A DNA stretch of 64,000 nt from Bacteroidota bacterium (GTDB taxonomy: Bacteria > Bacteroidota > Bacteroidia > Chitinophagales > Chitinophagaceae). Numbering within the stretch: position 1 is the first letter of the stretch; the number at the start of each line of letters is the position of its first letter. Where the stretch lies: the NCBI GenBank assembly GCA_013286425.1, contig JABDFS010000002.1, positions 534 to 64,533 on the forward strand, given 5' to 3'. The translations under genes were made by a program, and so were the position numbers. Shown in pieces: positions 1 through 9,888 of this stretch. A model generated the notes under the pieces. That model had not been told where the DNA came from and ran no database searches. It was given only the letters and a program-made list of their open reading frames with translations.

Positions 1-764
1 TGCAACAAATCTTCTTCATTATGCACACCGCCTCTTGATGTATTAATGAATATAGAAGTTGGTTTCATTTTTTCAAAAGCAGTTTTGTTGAATATGTCTT
101 TTGTTTCTACACTCAATACACTGTGCACAGATAACACATCACTTTGTGCCAACAGTTCATTAAAAGAAACATATTTTGCACCGAGTAATTTTTCTGCTTC
201 AGTATTTCGTTTGCGGTTATGATAGATCACATTCATGTTATAAGCACCTTTGCAACGCTTTGCCATTTCCATACCGATAAGGCCTAAACCAAAAATACCC
301 AGCGTTTTATTTTTTAATTCAATACCAAGGTTAGATGTTAGGGCGAAATATTTCCATTCGCCTTTCTGAATTTTTTTGTGCACGAAAAACATTTTTCTTG
401 ATACAGCAATCATTAACCCGAAAGCAATATCTGCAGTAGCATCAGTTAATACACCGGGTGTATTACCGATAGGAATTCCAAGCTTTGTTGCATCAGGAAT
501 ATTTATATTATCATAACCAGCACCACACTGCGAAATGATCTCAAGATGCTTGCATTCATTTAAAAAAACCGCATCAATTTTTGTAGTAATCGAGCATATT
601 AATGAATTGCATTGCTTTGCATTTTCAATTAATTTACCCTGTGGTATAGGATTGCTGTCATCCCATGTTATCACATTAAAATTTTCATTGCGCAGCATGT
701 CAACACCAATTGCAGGTACAACATTGCTTACAAAAACTTTTATATCTTCTGGTTTTCTTTTCAT
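1..764 (-). CDS. D-isomer 2-hydroxyacid dehydrogenase (D-glycerate dehydrogenase/glyoxylate reductase), runs off the left edge
   Basis: Manual translation from ATG at 764: MKRKPEDIKVFVS...GAGYDNI...GIPIGNTPGVLTDATADIAF, then GIFGLGLIG NAD motif; not in the ORF track because it is truncated by the window. Confidence 0.9.
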   Translation of the reverse strand, partial: MKRKPEDIKVFVSNVVPAIGVDMLRNENFNVITWDDSNPIPQGKLIENAKQCNSLICSITTKIDAVFLNECKHLEIISQCGAGYDNINIPDATKLGIPIGNTPGVLTDATADIAFGLMIAVSRKMFFVHKKIQKGEWKYFALTSNLGIELKNKTLGIFGLGLIGMEMAKRCKGAYNMNVIYHNRKRNTEAEKLLGAKYVSFNELLAQSDVLSVHSVLSVETKDIFNKTAFEKMKPTSIFINTSRGGVHNEEDLL

Positions 765-800
765 GTTTGTTTATTGAAACATTGTATGAACAGAGTACTT

Positions 801-881
801 AAGCTGCCTGATAAAATACTATACAAGTGTTGCGACGCAAGGAACGATGCCATTTATTCATTTGCTGATAACCAAAAAAAA
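801..881 (+). repeat. Dispersed ~80-bp intergenic repeat, family A, copy 1
   Basis: AAGCTG..ACAAGTGTTGCGACGCAA..GATGC..GATAACCAAAAA; related copies at 8834-8911, 14641-14720 (reverse) and 53693-53796. Confidence 0.75.
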
Positions 882-891
882 TAAAACCCAC

Positions 892-1158
892 TTAATACTC
901 CGCTATCATCTTATCAACAAAACACCAAAGCCAGCGCTCGCCGGGCTCTGCAGAAACAATTACAGGATGCCCGCTGCGATGAAAATGTTTGGTGGCATGT
1001 TTATGCGGAGAATCATCGCAACACAACGTGGAGCCACAGGTTTGACAGGTTCGCAAATGCACCCATTCTGAACCTGTTTTTATACATTCTTCACAAACAA
1101 ATTCCTTTGGTGTTTTTATTGAATGAATCGCATCAAGATGTTCGCAAAAATCGCTCAT
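892..1158 (-). CDS. UBP-type zinc finger protein
   Basis: CEH...CEEC...WVHLRTCQTCG...CCDDSPHKHATKH pattern of stand-alone bacterial zf-UBP. Confidence 0.9.
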   Translation of the reverse strand: MSDFCEHLDAIHSIKTPKEFVCEECIKTGSEWVHLRTCQTCGSTLCCDDSPHKHATKHFHRSGHPVIVSAEPGERWLWCFVDKMIAEY

Positions 1159-1167
1159 ACAATTATT

Positions 1168-2826
1168 TTAAATTTCCGCAAGATATCTATGTACAAAACT
1201 AATTGCCATTGAACCTTCGCCCACTGCAGATGCAACGCGGTTCATTGCGCCGGCACGCACATCGCCTGCGGCAAAAATTCCTGCACAACTTGTTTCCAGC
1301 AAATAAGGGTCGCGTTCAAGCTTCCAAATTTTTTGAAAATGATTATAGCGTTGCAATTCTCTTCCTGTTTCAATAAAACCTTTATCATTAATTATAATGT
1401 CTGCACTTAACCATTCGGTAAAAGGTTTTGCGCCGATAAAAATATATAAGGCTGCTGCATCTTCTGTGTACACCTCGCCAGTGTTTACATTCTGAATATT
1501 TAACTGCTCAAGCCGTTCATTACCCTTAGCTTCCACTACTTCGCGGCCAGTACAAACAGATATGTTACTCACTCCATTTATCTGGTCAATTAAGTAAGAA
1601 GACATGGTGTACGACAAGCTATCTTTTCTTATCAATATATTCACCTGTCTCGCAAACTTTGAAAGATACATGGCTGCCTGTCCCGCTGAATTTCCTCCGC
1701 CAACAATAAATACAACATTGTTTTTACAAGCTGCAGCTTCTGTGTTAGCAGCGCCATAATAAATGCCCGCGCCTGTAAATTTTTGTATGCCCGGCGTTGT
1801 TAGTTGCCGATAGTCAACGCCTGTTGTAATAACAATGGCTTTGGTCATTATTTCTTTATCGCCTTCTAAAATTATTTTCTTGTAATTGTCCTGTACTTCG
1901 ATTGCTTTTACAGATTGCGGTGAAAGAAAATCTGTACCGAATCTCGTTGATTGCGTTACTGCTCTTCGTGTTAAATCAGCGCCGCTTAAACCTGTTGGAA
2001 AGCCGAGATAATTTTCAATGCGTGAACTTGTGCCTGCTTGTCCACCAGGCGCTTTTCTTTCTATTAATAATGTTTTTAATCCTTCCGATGAACTATAAAC
2101 AGAAGCTGCTAATCCCGCAGGGCCTGCACCAATCACTACAACATCATACACTTCATTTTTTACTTCAGGATTTAAACCGATGTGCGTAGCAATATCAATG
2201 ATCTGTGGTGATGAAGCCATTGTTCCATCTTCAAAAAATATTACAGGCAGGTCTTTTATTTCGATGTTATTTAATTGTATCAGCTGTATGCCTTCTTCGC
2301 TGTCTGCATCAAGCCATAGATATGGAACAAGATTGCCTGATAAGAATTCTTTTATCACATGACTTTTAGGCGAGAATTGATAACCTATCAATTTGATGCC
2401 TTTAAAATCTGGGTGAAAGCCGTTTTGCCAATCGTCAAGCAGATCATCAATTACAGGATATAATTTTTCTTCCGGCGGATCCCATGGCTTGGTTAAATAA
2501 TAATCAAGCTTTACATCATTGATCGCTTTGATGGCAGCATCAGTATCTGAATACGCAGTCAACAAAACTTTTTTTGCATCATCATAAAACTCTTTTGCCT
2601 GTTGTAAAAAATCGACGCCTTCCATTTCAGGCATGCGCTGGTCTGAAATAAATATTGCAACAGATTCACCTTTATTCTTCAATTCAAGTAAACTGCTTAA
2701 TGCTTCTTTTGCAGAAGACGTGCTAAGTATTCTATAATCATTTCTGTATTTATTTTTCAGGTCGCGGGCAATAGCGCGCAATACTTGGGCATCATCATCA
2801 ATTGCAAATATTATTGGTTGATTCAT
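1168..2826 (-). CDS. Receiver domain + glutaredoxin-like domain + thioredoxin-reductase-like FAD oxidoreductase
   Basis: REC motifs (IDDD, SDQRMP, LTAY, KPW); GAGPAG FAD motif, GGGNSA NADPH motif, IFAAGDV; no CxxC. Confidence 0.9.
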   Translation of the reverse strand: MNQPIIFAIDDDAQVLRAIARDLKNKYRNDYRILSTSSAKEALSSLLELKNKGESVAIFISDQRMPEMEGVDFLQQAKEFYDDAKKVLLTAYSDTDAAIKAINDVKLDYYLTKPWDPPEEKLYPVIDDLLDDWQNGFHPDFKGIKLIGYQFSPKSHVIKEFLSGNLVPYLWLDADSEEGIQLIQLNNIEIKDLPVIFFEDGTMASSPQIIDIATHIGLNPEVKNEVYDVVVIGAGPAGLAASVYSSSEGLKTLLIERKAPGGQAGTSSRIENYLGFPTGLSGADLTRRAVTQSTRFGTDFLSPQSVKAIEVQDNYKKIILEGDKEIMTKAIVITTGVDYRQLTTPGIQKFTGAGIYYGAANTEAAACKNNVVFIVGGGNSAGQAAMYLSKFARQVNILIRKDSLSYTMSSYLIDQINGVSNISVCTGREVVEAKGNERLEQLNIQNVNTGEVYTEDAAALYIFIGAKPFTEWLSADIIINDKGFIETGRELQRYNHFQKIWKLERDPYLLETSCAGIFAAGDVRAGAMNRVASAVGEGSMAISFVHRYLAEI

Positions 2827-2844
2827 ACTTTATTTTAATACTGT

Positions 2845-4230
2845 TTAAATAGGCAAACAAATTTCAAACTCTGTACTGCCACTTTCTGATTTTACTCTTA
2901 CTGAACCGTTATGTTGCAACATTATCCTGCTTACAACATCAAGGCCTAAACCAGTGCCTTTTCCTATTTCTTTTGTGGTGAAGAAAGGAGCAAATATTCT
3001 TTCCTGTATATCTTTTGGAATGTCCGGCCCATCATCTTTAATATACACTTTCACAAACCTTGCATCGTATCTTGAAGAGATGGTAAGATTGCCTTTACCA
3101 TTCACTTCCATTGCATCAATTGCATTATCAATAATGTTTGTCCAAACCTGGTTCAATTCGCCAGGCATTGCTCTTACTTTAGGAGTTGATTCATCATAAT
3201 TATCAATCAAATTAATATTTGCTTTTTTAAGTTTATGATTCAGCATGGTCAATGTATTGCGAATGCCTGAATGAATATCTACCATCTGCCTGTCAGTATC
3301 TTTATCCATGAAAGTAAAATTCTTAACAGCGCCAACAAGTTCTGATATGCGCTCAGCAGAAGTGCGGATATCATCAGCCATTTTATTTGTTACAAGATAA
3401 TTGCCCATCCATTCCAACACAACGGGCAATTCTTCCGGCGATGAACATCCTCTTATAGTATTAAGATTTTCAATTGTGAACCCTCTTTCTGTTAAACCTT
3501 CAGTATCTATGTTTTGAATATTGTTATCATAAAGCCAGTCTGCAAGTTCATCTTCAAGAGCAGCACGTTGCAGCATACTTAATTTGGCAGGTTCGCTTTG
3601 TATTTTATTGGTGATGAGTTCGTGAATGCGGTCAACCTTTTCATCTTTTATACGCAGGCTTGCAACTTCTTTAAACAATTGTGGTAATTGTTTTACCTGC
3701 CCCTGCAACAATGCAGCAGCGCGCGAAATAGCTGCGGCGGGATTGTTCAATTCATGTGCAAGTCCCGCAGAAAGTTTTCCGAGTGCAAACATTTTTTCGT
3801 TTTGCTGTTGGATAGAAGTAAACTCGCGCACACGGCTTAACATCATGTGTATGGTTGCTTCAATTAATTCATAATTATTACAGATGCCTGCTTTTAATTT
3901 ATCTGCAGGACATTTAAACACCCATGATTTTTTTAAAGCGTCGCAGAATGCAGGTGTAACTGTTGCTCGTGTATAAGGTAAAAAACCTGTAACAAGTCCT
4001 GGGTCAAGTGTGCGCAATTCTTTTTGCACGCCTGATTGCACAGAGCAAATGCGCATCCTTCCTCCCAATATAATGTACATTGTATTTACCGGCGTACCAA
4101 CATCAAACAATAACTCTCCTTCTTCTACTTCAAATGTTTCGCCCTGACTGATGAGCCACAGCAATTGTTCATCGGGCACTTTTGCAAATTCAGGAACAAC
4201 TTTTATTTCTTCAAGACCAAGTGTTTTCAT
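2845..4230 (-). CDS. Cytoplasmic histidine kinase with N-terminal cNMP-binding-like domain
   Basis: GELLFDVG..MYIILGG (cNMP fold); H-box AHELNNP; N-box NIIDNAIDA; FFTTK; GTGLGL; G1 box reads DDGPD rather than DxGxG. Confidence 0.9.
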   Translation of the reverse strand: MKTLGLEEIKVVPEFAKVPDEQLLWLISQGETFEVEEGELLFDVGTPVNTMYIILGGRMRICSVQSGVQKELRTLDPGLVTGFLPYTRATVTPAFCDALKKSWVFKCPADKLKAGICNNYELIEATIHMMLSRVREFTSIQQQNEKMFALGKLSAGLAHELNNPAAAISRAAALLQGQVKQLPQLFKEVASLRIKDEKVDRIHELITNKIQSEPAKLSMLQRAALEDELADWLYDNNIQNIDTEGLTERGFTIENLNTIRGCSSPEELPVVLEWMGNYLVTNKMADDIRTSAERISELVGAVKNFTFMDKDTDRQMVDIHSGIRNTLTMLNHKLKKANINLIDNYDESTPKVRAMPGELNQVWTNIIDNAIDAMEVNGKGNLTISSRYDARFVKVYIKDDGPDIPKDIQERIFAPFFTTKEIGKGTGLGLDVVSRIMLQHNGSVRVKSESGSTEFEICLPI

Positions 4231-4263
4231 AAATAAAAATTATATCAGGCAATATAATAACAG

Positions 4264-5235
4264 TTATAACATAACAACAATTCTTTTACCGGGAGTAGCT
4301 TCTTTCTGCCATGCATGTTTAATGTTGAATAATGGTTCTGTTTCTGTTTCAATCGCCAATCTGCCATTAGCTGCAAGATGAAACATCTCAGGCAAAATTT
4401 TTGACGTGTATTGCTGCCAGTCTTCTTTTGAAATACTGCCCAAACCCGAACCAAGAATTTCAATAGCTGAGCTGCGTAAAGTTCCTGATTCAAGATTGAT
4501 ATGTTCGCCTGCCATGCTGCCAACAGTTACCAATCTTGCGCGATGCGAGAAGTGATTAACGCCACCGCCTTTCAATGATTTTAAAATAAGTTCAACAGGT
4601 TTGCCCCAGAGATAATCAATAACAATATCAACAGGTGTTGATGCATTGAATTCTTTTAGTTGATGAACGATTGCTTCATCATCCTGTTTTAAAGAAATAA
4701 TTATATCTGCGCCCAATGATTTCAATTGTTCAAGCTGCACACTGTTTCTTCCTGTTACTGCAATTTTTGATGCACCATAATATTTCGCCAACTGCACTGC
4801 AAGACTTCCGGTTACGCCTGTTGCACCATTAATCAATATAACTTCATTTTCTTTTATTTGTGCACGATATAATAAAGCCATGCCTGCACCTAATACTGCG
4901 TTTGGTAATGCAGCGGCTGTTGCGTCATCAATTTTATCGGGCAATTCAACATAATTGTTTTTGTTGATTAAAGCTTTTTCAGCGATCATTCCTGTAATGC
5001 CTTGCGCATACACTCTCTGACCATTTTCTAAAATGCCAACGCCATCAATACCTACAACAACAGGCAAATGTTTATAGCTTGCATAATGCTTTCCGCTTGC
5101 GCGGCCTTTGTCAAGATTTTTAATTGATGCAGCTTTTACATTGATTAAAATTTCATTTTCATTGTTAGGAACCGGATCTGCAAAATCTTCATATTTAGGT
5201 AAACTTCCGAGCTGATGTAATACGGCTGCTTTCAT
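4264..5235 (-). CDS. Zinc-binding alcohol dehydrogenase / quinone oxidoreductase family (MDR)
   Basis: Likely start MKAAVL at 5235; GIDGVG and INGATGVTG motifs. Confidence 0.85.
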   Translation of the reverse strand: MKAAVLHQLGSLPKYEDFADPVPNNENEILINVKAASIKNLDKGRASGKHYASYKHLPVVVGIDGVGILENGQRVYAQGITGMIAEKALINKNNYVELPDKIDDATAAALPNAVLGAGMALLYRAQIKENEVILINGATGVTGSLAVQLAKYYGASKIAVTGRNSVQLEQLKSLGADIIISLKQDDEAIVHQLKEFNASTPVDIVIDYLWGKPVELILKSLKGGGVNHFSHRARLVTVGSMAGEHINLESGTLRSSAIEILGSGLGSISKEDWQQYTSKILPEMFHLAANGRLAIETETEPLFNIKHAWQKEATPGKRIVVML

Positions 5236-5369
5236 GGTTTTTATTTTATGAAAAACAAATGTAGCTAAACATAGTTTTAAAAAATTGATGTACACCTTTT
5301 GCAACGCATTGTGTAAATGATGTATTTGTTATTTCAATTAGTAATGTGTGCTAACTTTATTTTATTACG

Positions 5370-6182
5370 ATGCTACCAATATCAATCGAATTAATTATTC
5401 TCGGGTTTCTTGTAGGTGGATTCGGAACGCTTATCGGCGCAGGTGGTGGGTTTATTTTAGTTCCGGTGCTTGCCTTAATTTTTCCTAAACTTCCTACAAA
5501 TGTTATCACTTCTATTTCGTTGTTCATCGTTTTTCTAAACGCATTTTCAGGAAGTGCTGCTTATGGAAGAATGAAGCGTATTGATTATAAATCCGGGCTT
5601 GCATTTGGTCTTGCTACATTACCGGGTTCAATTATCGGAGCGTATTTAACAGGATATGTAAAGCGCGAGGTTTTTGATATTATACTTGGATGTGTGTTGA
5701 TCATCATATCAATTTTTCTTTTTATCAAACCTGATGAAGGCGCTTATGCAACCAATAAACCGTATAAGATAAATACAACAAGAAATATTACAGATGCATT
5801 TGGCAACAAATATGTTTATTCATTCAATATAAAACAGGGAATTATACTAAGCTTTTTTGTTGGATTTGTTTCAAGCTTTCTTGGTATCGGCGGCGGTATT
5901 ATTCATGTGCCTGCATTAATAAGCCTGTTGGATTTTCCTGCACATATTGCAACAGCAACTTCGCATTTTGTGTTGGCAATAATGGCTCTTTCAGGAACGA
6001 TCGTTCATTTAATGAATGGTACATTGCAACATGGCTGGCGAACAGCATTATATCTTGGAGGAGGTGTTGTTGTTGGCGCGCAGGTTGGCGCACATTTTTC
6101 AAATCGTGTAAAACCTAAAGCAATTATTAAAGCATTGGCAGTTGCATTAATAGTTGTAGGAATACGATTGGTATTTTTTTAA
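5370..6182 (+). CDS. Sulfite exporter TauE/SafE family membrane protein
   Basis: Duplicated GxGGG motifs (IGAGGG, GIGGG), ATATS, multiple TM helices. Confidence 0.88.
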   Translation: MLPISIELIILGFLVGGFGTLIGAGGGFILVPVLALIFPKLPTNVITSISLFIVFLNAFSGSAAYGRMKRIDYKSGLAFGLATLPGSIIGAYLTGYVKREVFDIILGCVLIIISIFLFIKPDEGAYATNKPYKINTTRNITDAFGNKYVYSFNIKQGIILSFFVGFVSSFLGIGGGIIHVPALISLLDFPAHIATATSHFVLAIMALSGTIVHLMNGTLQHGWRTALYLGGGVVVGAQVGAHFSNRVKPKAIIKALAVALIVVGIRLVFF

Positions 6183-6189
6183 GCTGTGG

Positions 6190-8622
6190 CTATTCACTTC
6201 TTAAACTCTTCGCCGGGTTTGCCAGTGCAGCTTTTATTGCCTGGAAACTAATAGTTACCAATGCTATAACTGCAGCAGCTACTCCCGCAAAAACAAATAC
6301 CCACCACTGAATGTTTATTCTATATGCAAAATCCTGCAGCCAGTTATACATTGCATACCACGCAACGGGAAATGCAATAATTGTTGCAACCAATACAAGC
6401 TTTAAAAAGTCTTTTGACAACAAAGCAACGATGGTGCCTGTTTTTGCACCCAATACTTTGCGCACACCAATTTCTTTTACGCGCTGTGAAATAGCAAAAG
6501 CTGAAAGGCCAAATAAACCTAAACATGCAATGAAAATAGCAATACATGCAAAAGTTGTAAAGATGGTTTCCTGCCTTTGCTCAGACTGATACAACGTTGT
6601 AAAATTTTCATCCAAAAATGTATATTGAAAAGGAAGATCCGGAAGGAATTTTTGCCATGTATTTTTTATTGCATCCATCGTTGCAGGAATATTGCCGCCT
6701 GATATTTTTATTGAAATATTGTTGTAGAAAGTTTGATTAGGTGCAGGTGGCGGCAAAACAAAAATTAATGGCGTGATTACCTGGTGTAATGATTCGAAAT
6801 GAAAATCTTTTATAACACCGATTATATGGCCTTTGAATTGTCCATAATTAAAATTCTTTCCAACAGCTTCCTGTGAATTCTTCCACCCTACTGCTTTAAC
6901 AGCAGCTTCATTAATAATAAAATTAGAAGTATCTGTTGCGTAACTGCGAGAAAAATTTCTTCCTGCTGTCAATTGTATTCCATAAGTAGGAATGAAATCG
7001 TAATCGGTCGCAAGAAAACGTATGTCTGCTTTTACAGGCACCATCGAATCATTGCCCGGCGCCTGCGCTCCCATTCCATCCAATAATCTTCCCGTAGGAA
7101 TTCTTGATGAAAGCCCAACATCTTTAATGTTTGAATTCTGCAGTAAAGTATTTCTGAATGATTCATATTGATCGTTCAATTGCGAATTATAAGCCATCGT
7201 AACAATATGATCTTTATCATAACCGAGCGAAACATTTTGCATATAGCTTAACTGCTGAAATACTATGACTGTTGTAATGATGAGTATGATTGAAATAGCA
7301 AACTGTGTTACTACAAGCACTTTACGAAAACTAATATTGCTGCCGCCAACTTTAAATAATCCTTTTAATGTTTTTACCGGTTGAAAAGACGACATGAATA
7401 ATGCAGGATAAATTCCTGAAATAAATCCTATAACAAATGGTGCTAAAAACAGTGGTATTAGTATTTGCCATTTTAATAAAATATCTATAGAAAGATTTTG
7501 CGCTGATACTTTATTAAGCCATGGCAATGCAAAGTATAATAACAGAAATGCCATTATAATTGCTGACCATGTTATTAGTATTGATTCGCTTAAAAATTGC
7601 ATTACCAATTCCCTCTTTTGTGCTCCAACCACTTTTCTTATGCCTATTTCTTTTGCACGCAAAGCGGAACGTGCAGTGGACAGATTCATATAATTAATAC
7701 ATGCTATCAACAAAATAAATAAAGCGATTGCTGCAAAAATGTAAACGCGCTTAATATCGCCGTTTGGCTCTGCTTCATAATCTGTGTGCGAGTAAAGATG
7801 TATGTCAGTAAGTTTTTGCAGATCGAGCTTAGTAAATTTTGAAGGCTGATTAGGGCCGTATTGTCCTGCCATATGTTTATCAAGAAAAGCAGGAAACCTC
7901 GACTTCATGTTTTCGATATTATAATTTTTCGGAAGCATGATGTAAGTAAAAAAAGAATTATTGCCCCAGTTTGTACGCAGGTTGTCTGCACCATAAACAG
8001 TAGTATCATTCAATGTGTTGAATGATACCAAAATGTTTGGATGTATATGTGAATTGGAAGGAAAGGCTTTGTAAACACCAGTTACTTTAAGATCGAATTG
8101 ATTGTTGGCGCGTAAAACTTTATTGATAGGATCTTCATTGCCAAAATATTTTTTTGCTTCATCTTCTGTAAGCATTACAGAAAAAGGGTCGTTCAATGCT
8201 GTTTTTGGATTACCTTTTATAACATTAACTGTAAATACATTAAAAAGATTTTCATCACCAAAATAAACATTAGGTTCATTAATGAGTTTGTCTTTATAAC
8301 GAAGCGGTGTATTGCCATTGTTCAATAAGCGCGTCATCTTTTGTATCTCAGGAAAATCTGTCGGCATATAATAACCGAAAGGTGGAGCAACAGTGCTGAG
8401 GTTAAGTGATTCATCTCCATTGCCATTATAAAAAGTTCTTGTTACACGATAAACCTGGTCTGCGTTTTTGTTGTACCTGTCATAGCTTAATTCATTCAGG
8501 ATATAAGTAAGAATTAGCAGGCAACAGGTTAGCCCAATAGTTAAACCAAATAAATTGATGAAGGAAATAAATTTATACTTCATCAAATTACGCCATGCTG
8601 TTTTGAAATGATCTTTAAACAT
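6190..8622 (-). CDS. ABC transporter permease, MacB/FtsX family (double FtsX)
   Basis: AWRNL..K..SFINLFGL start, two KEIG(I/V)RKV motifs, ANPAKSLRSE end. Confidence 0.92.
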   Translation of the reverse strand: MFKDHFKTAWRNLMKYKFISFINLFGLTIGLTCCLLILTYILNELSYDRYNKNADQVYRVTRTFYNGNGDESLNLSTVAPPFGYYMPTDFPEIQKMTRLLNNGNTPLRYKDKLINEPNVYFGDENLFNVFTVNVIKGNPKTALNDPFSVMLTEDEAKKYFGNEDPINKVLRANNQFDLKVTGVYKAFPSNSHIHPNILVSFNTLNDTTVYGADNLRTNWGNNSFFTYIMLPKNYNIENMKSRFPAFLDKHMAGQYGPNQPSKFTKLDLQKLTDIHLYSHTDYEAEPNGDIKRVYIFAAIALFILLIACINYMNLSTARSALRAKEIGIRKVVGAQKRELVMQFLSESILITWSAIIMAFLLLYFALPWLNKVSAQNLSIDILLKWQILIPLFLAPFVIGFISGIYPALFMSSFQPVKTLKGLFKVGGSNISFRKVLVVTQFAISIILIITTVIVFQQLSYMQNVSLGYDKDHIVTMAYNSQLNDQYESFRNTLLQNSNIKDVGLSSRIPTGRLLDGMGAQAPGNDSMVPVKADIRFLATDYDFIPTYGIQLTAGRNFSRSYATDTSNFIINEAAVKAVGWKNSQEAVGKNFNYGQFKGHIIGVIKDFHFESLHQVITPLIFVLPPPAPNQTFYNNISIKISGGNIPATMDAIKNTWQKFLPDLPFQYTFLDENFTTLYQSEQRQETIFTTFACIAIFIACLGLFGLSAFAISQRVKEIGVRKVLGAKTGTIVALLSKDFLKLVLVATIIAFPVAWYAMYNWLQDFAYRINIQWWVFVFAGVAAAVIALVTISFQAIKAALANPAKSLRSE

Positions 8623-8686
8623 AAAGCAAGTTTATATTACTACTTATTGAAGCAGGTTATTATATAAATGATTTTCGGTATAAAAT

Positions 8687-8703
8687 TTCAATGCGTGTGC
8701 CAA
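8687..8703 (-). promoter_or_regulatory. Sigma54-type -24/-12 promoter of the permease gene
   Basis: Minus strand TTGGCACACGCATTGAA = GG-N10-GA, 65 nt upstream of the ATG. Confidence 0.7.
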
Positions 8704-8754
8704 CTATAAAACAGTTTGCAGATAAGTACTTTATCTAAATAAGATTATACAAAG

Positions 8755-8792
8755 TGTACGGAAACGAACAGTTTTTTGTGCGACTGCGAACA
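8755..8792. promoter_or_regulatory. Tandem enhancer-like palindromes (TGT-N10-ACA x2)
   Basis: TGTACGGAAACGAACA (8755-8770) and TGTGCGACTGCGAACA (8777-8792), 22 bp apart, upstream of the sigma54-type site. Confidence 0.65.
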
Positions 8793-8833
8793 GCAAAAGC
8801 ATACAGAAAAATTATAAACTATAAACAGAAAAC

Positions 8834-8911
8834 TGAAGCTGAACAATGCTATGCTGTATAAGTGAGTGACACAACCGTGATGCTATAAAATACTACAGCC
8901 GGTAACAGAAA
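8834..8911 (+). repeat. Family A repeat, copy 2
   Basis: TGAAGCTGAACAATG..AAGTGAGTGACACAAC..GATGC..GCCGGTAACAGAAA. Confidence 0.7.
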
Positions 8912-8912
8912 T

Positions 8913-9827
8913 TTATACAAGCTGATTGAGGAATACTTCGGCAATCATACATCTTGCGCTGCCGCCGCCATTCATTTCAATTGAATCGAGATTAGAAGAC
9001 AGAATGTGGTTATATTTTTCAAGACTGCTTATTTGCTGATAAGACAAAGCATCGTAAGCCTGCTGAGACATCACCAAAATCTTTTTACCGTTTCTGTTTT
9101 GCAGTTGAAGCATGTTGCCTGCAAAGTGATTCATTTGTTCAAGAGATATAATGATGATCTCTTTGCCTGTTTTTGTGATTGTCTCAATAACAGTTTTGCG
9201 TTCATCATTGTTTGCGATTGAATCAAGACAGATGACAACATATTTATCTGCCACGCACATCATCACATTGGTGTGATAAATTTCATTGCCGTTGGAATCT
9301 GTTGCCTTAAACGAACAGGAAGTATATGCGAATTGATTGCACCAGTCTTCAAGTATTTTCTTATTCGTGCGTTCAGATACACATGCATAAGCAATTTTAT
9401 TTTCGCGATCAAGCACCATGCTGCCGGTACCTTCCAAAAAAATATTTTCGCCTTCATAAGCAGTAAGATCAATTTTATTTTTGATGTTGAACTTACTGTT
9501 AATTGCATCCACTACATGTTGCTTTCTTTCTGCACGGCGGTTTACGGCATACATCGGGTATAAAACAATAGTTCCGTTATCATGAAATGATATCCAGTTG
9601 TTGGGAAAAATAGAATCAGGCGTGTGCGGTTCAGGTGTATCATTTACAACAGTAACATCAATATCATGGCTTCGTAACTTTTCAACAAACGCATCAAACT
9701 CTCCCAATGCTTTTGCCTGCGCCGCTTCTTCATTACCTGCAACCTGGAATTTATTATTCACAGCAGTTTCTGCATTGTACGCAAAATGTACTGGGCGTAT
9801 CATTAAAACAGTGCTTGTGTTTTGCAT
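8913..9827 (-). CDS. ctlX: Amidinotransferase/pentein family, citrulline utilization hydrolase CtlX-like
   Basis: LMIRP, TPDSIFPNNW, LEGTGSMVLDR, YHTNVMM, GGGSARCM motifs. Confidence 0.8.
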   Translation of the reverse strand: MQNTSTVLMIRPVHFAYNAETAVNNKFQVAGNEEAAQAKALGEFDAFVEKLRSHDIDVTVVNDTPEPHTPDSIFPNNWISFHDNGTIVLYPMYAVNRRAERKQHVVDAINSKFNIKNKIDLTAYEGENIFLEGTGSMVLDRENKIAYACVSERTNKKILEDWCNQFAYTSCSFKATDSNGNEIYHTNVMMCVADKYVVICLDSIANNDERKTVIETITKTGKEIIIISLEQMNHFAGNMLQLQNRNGKKILVMSQQAYDALSYQQISSLEKYNHILSSNLDSIEMNGGGSARCMIAEVFLNQLV

Positions 9828-9888
9828 ATAAATGTTTTAATTGTTTCAAAGTTTCATTGTTATAATCTATAACAAACCCGTGAAACTT

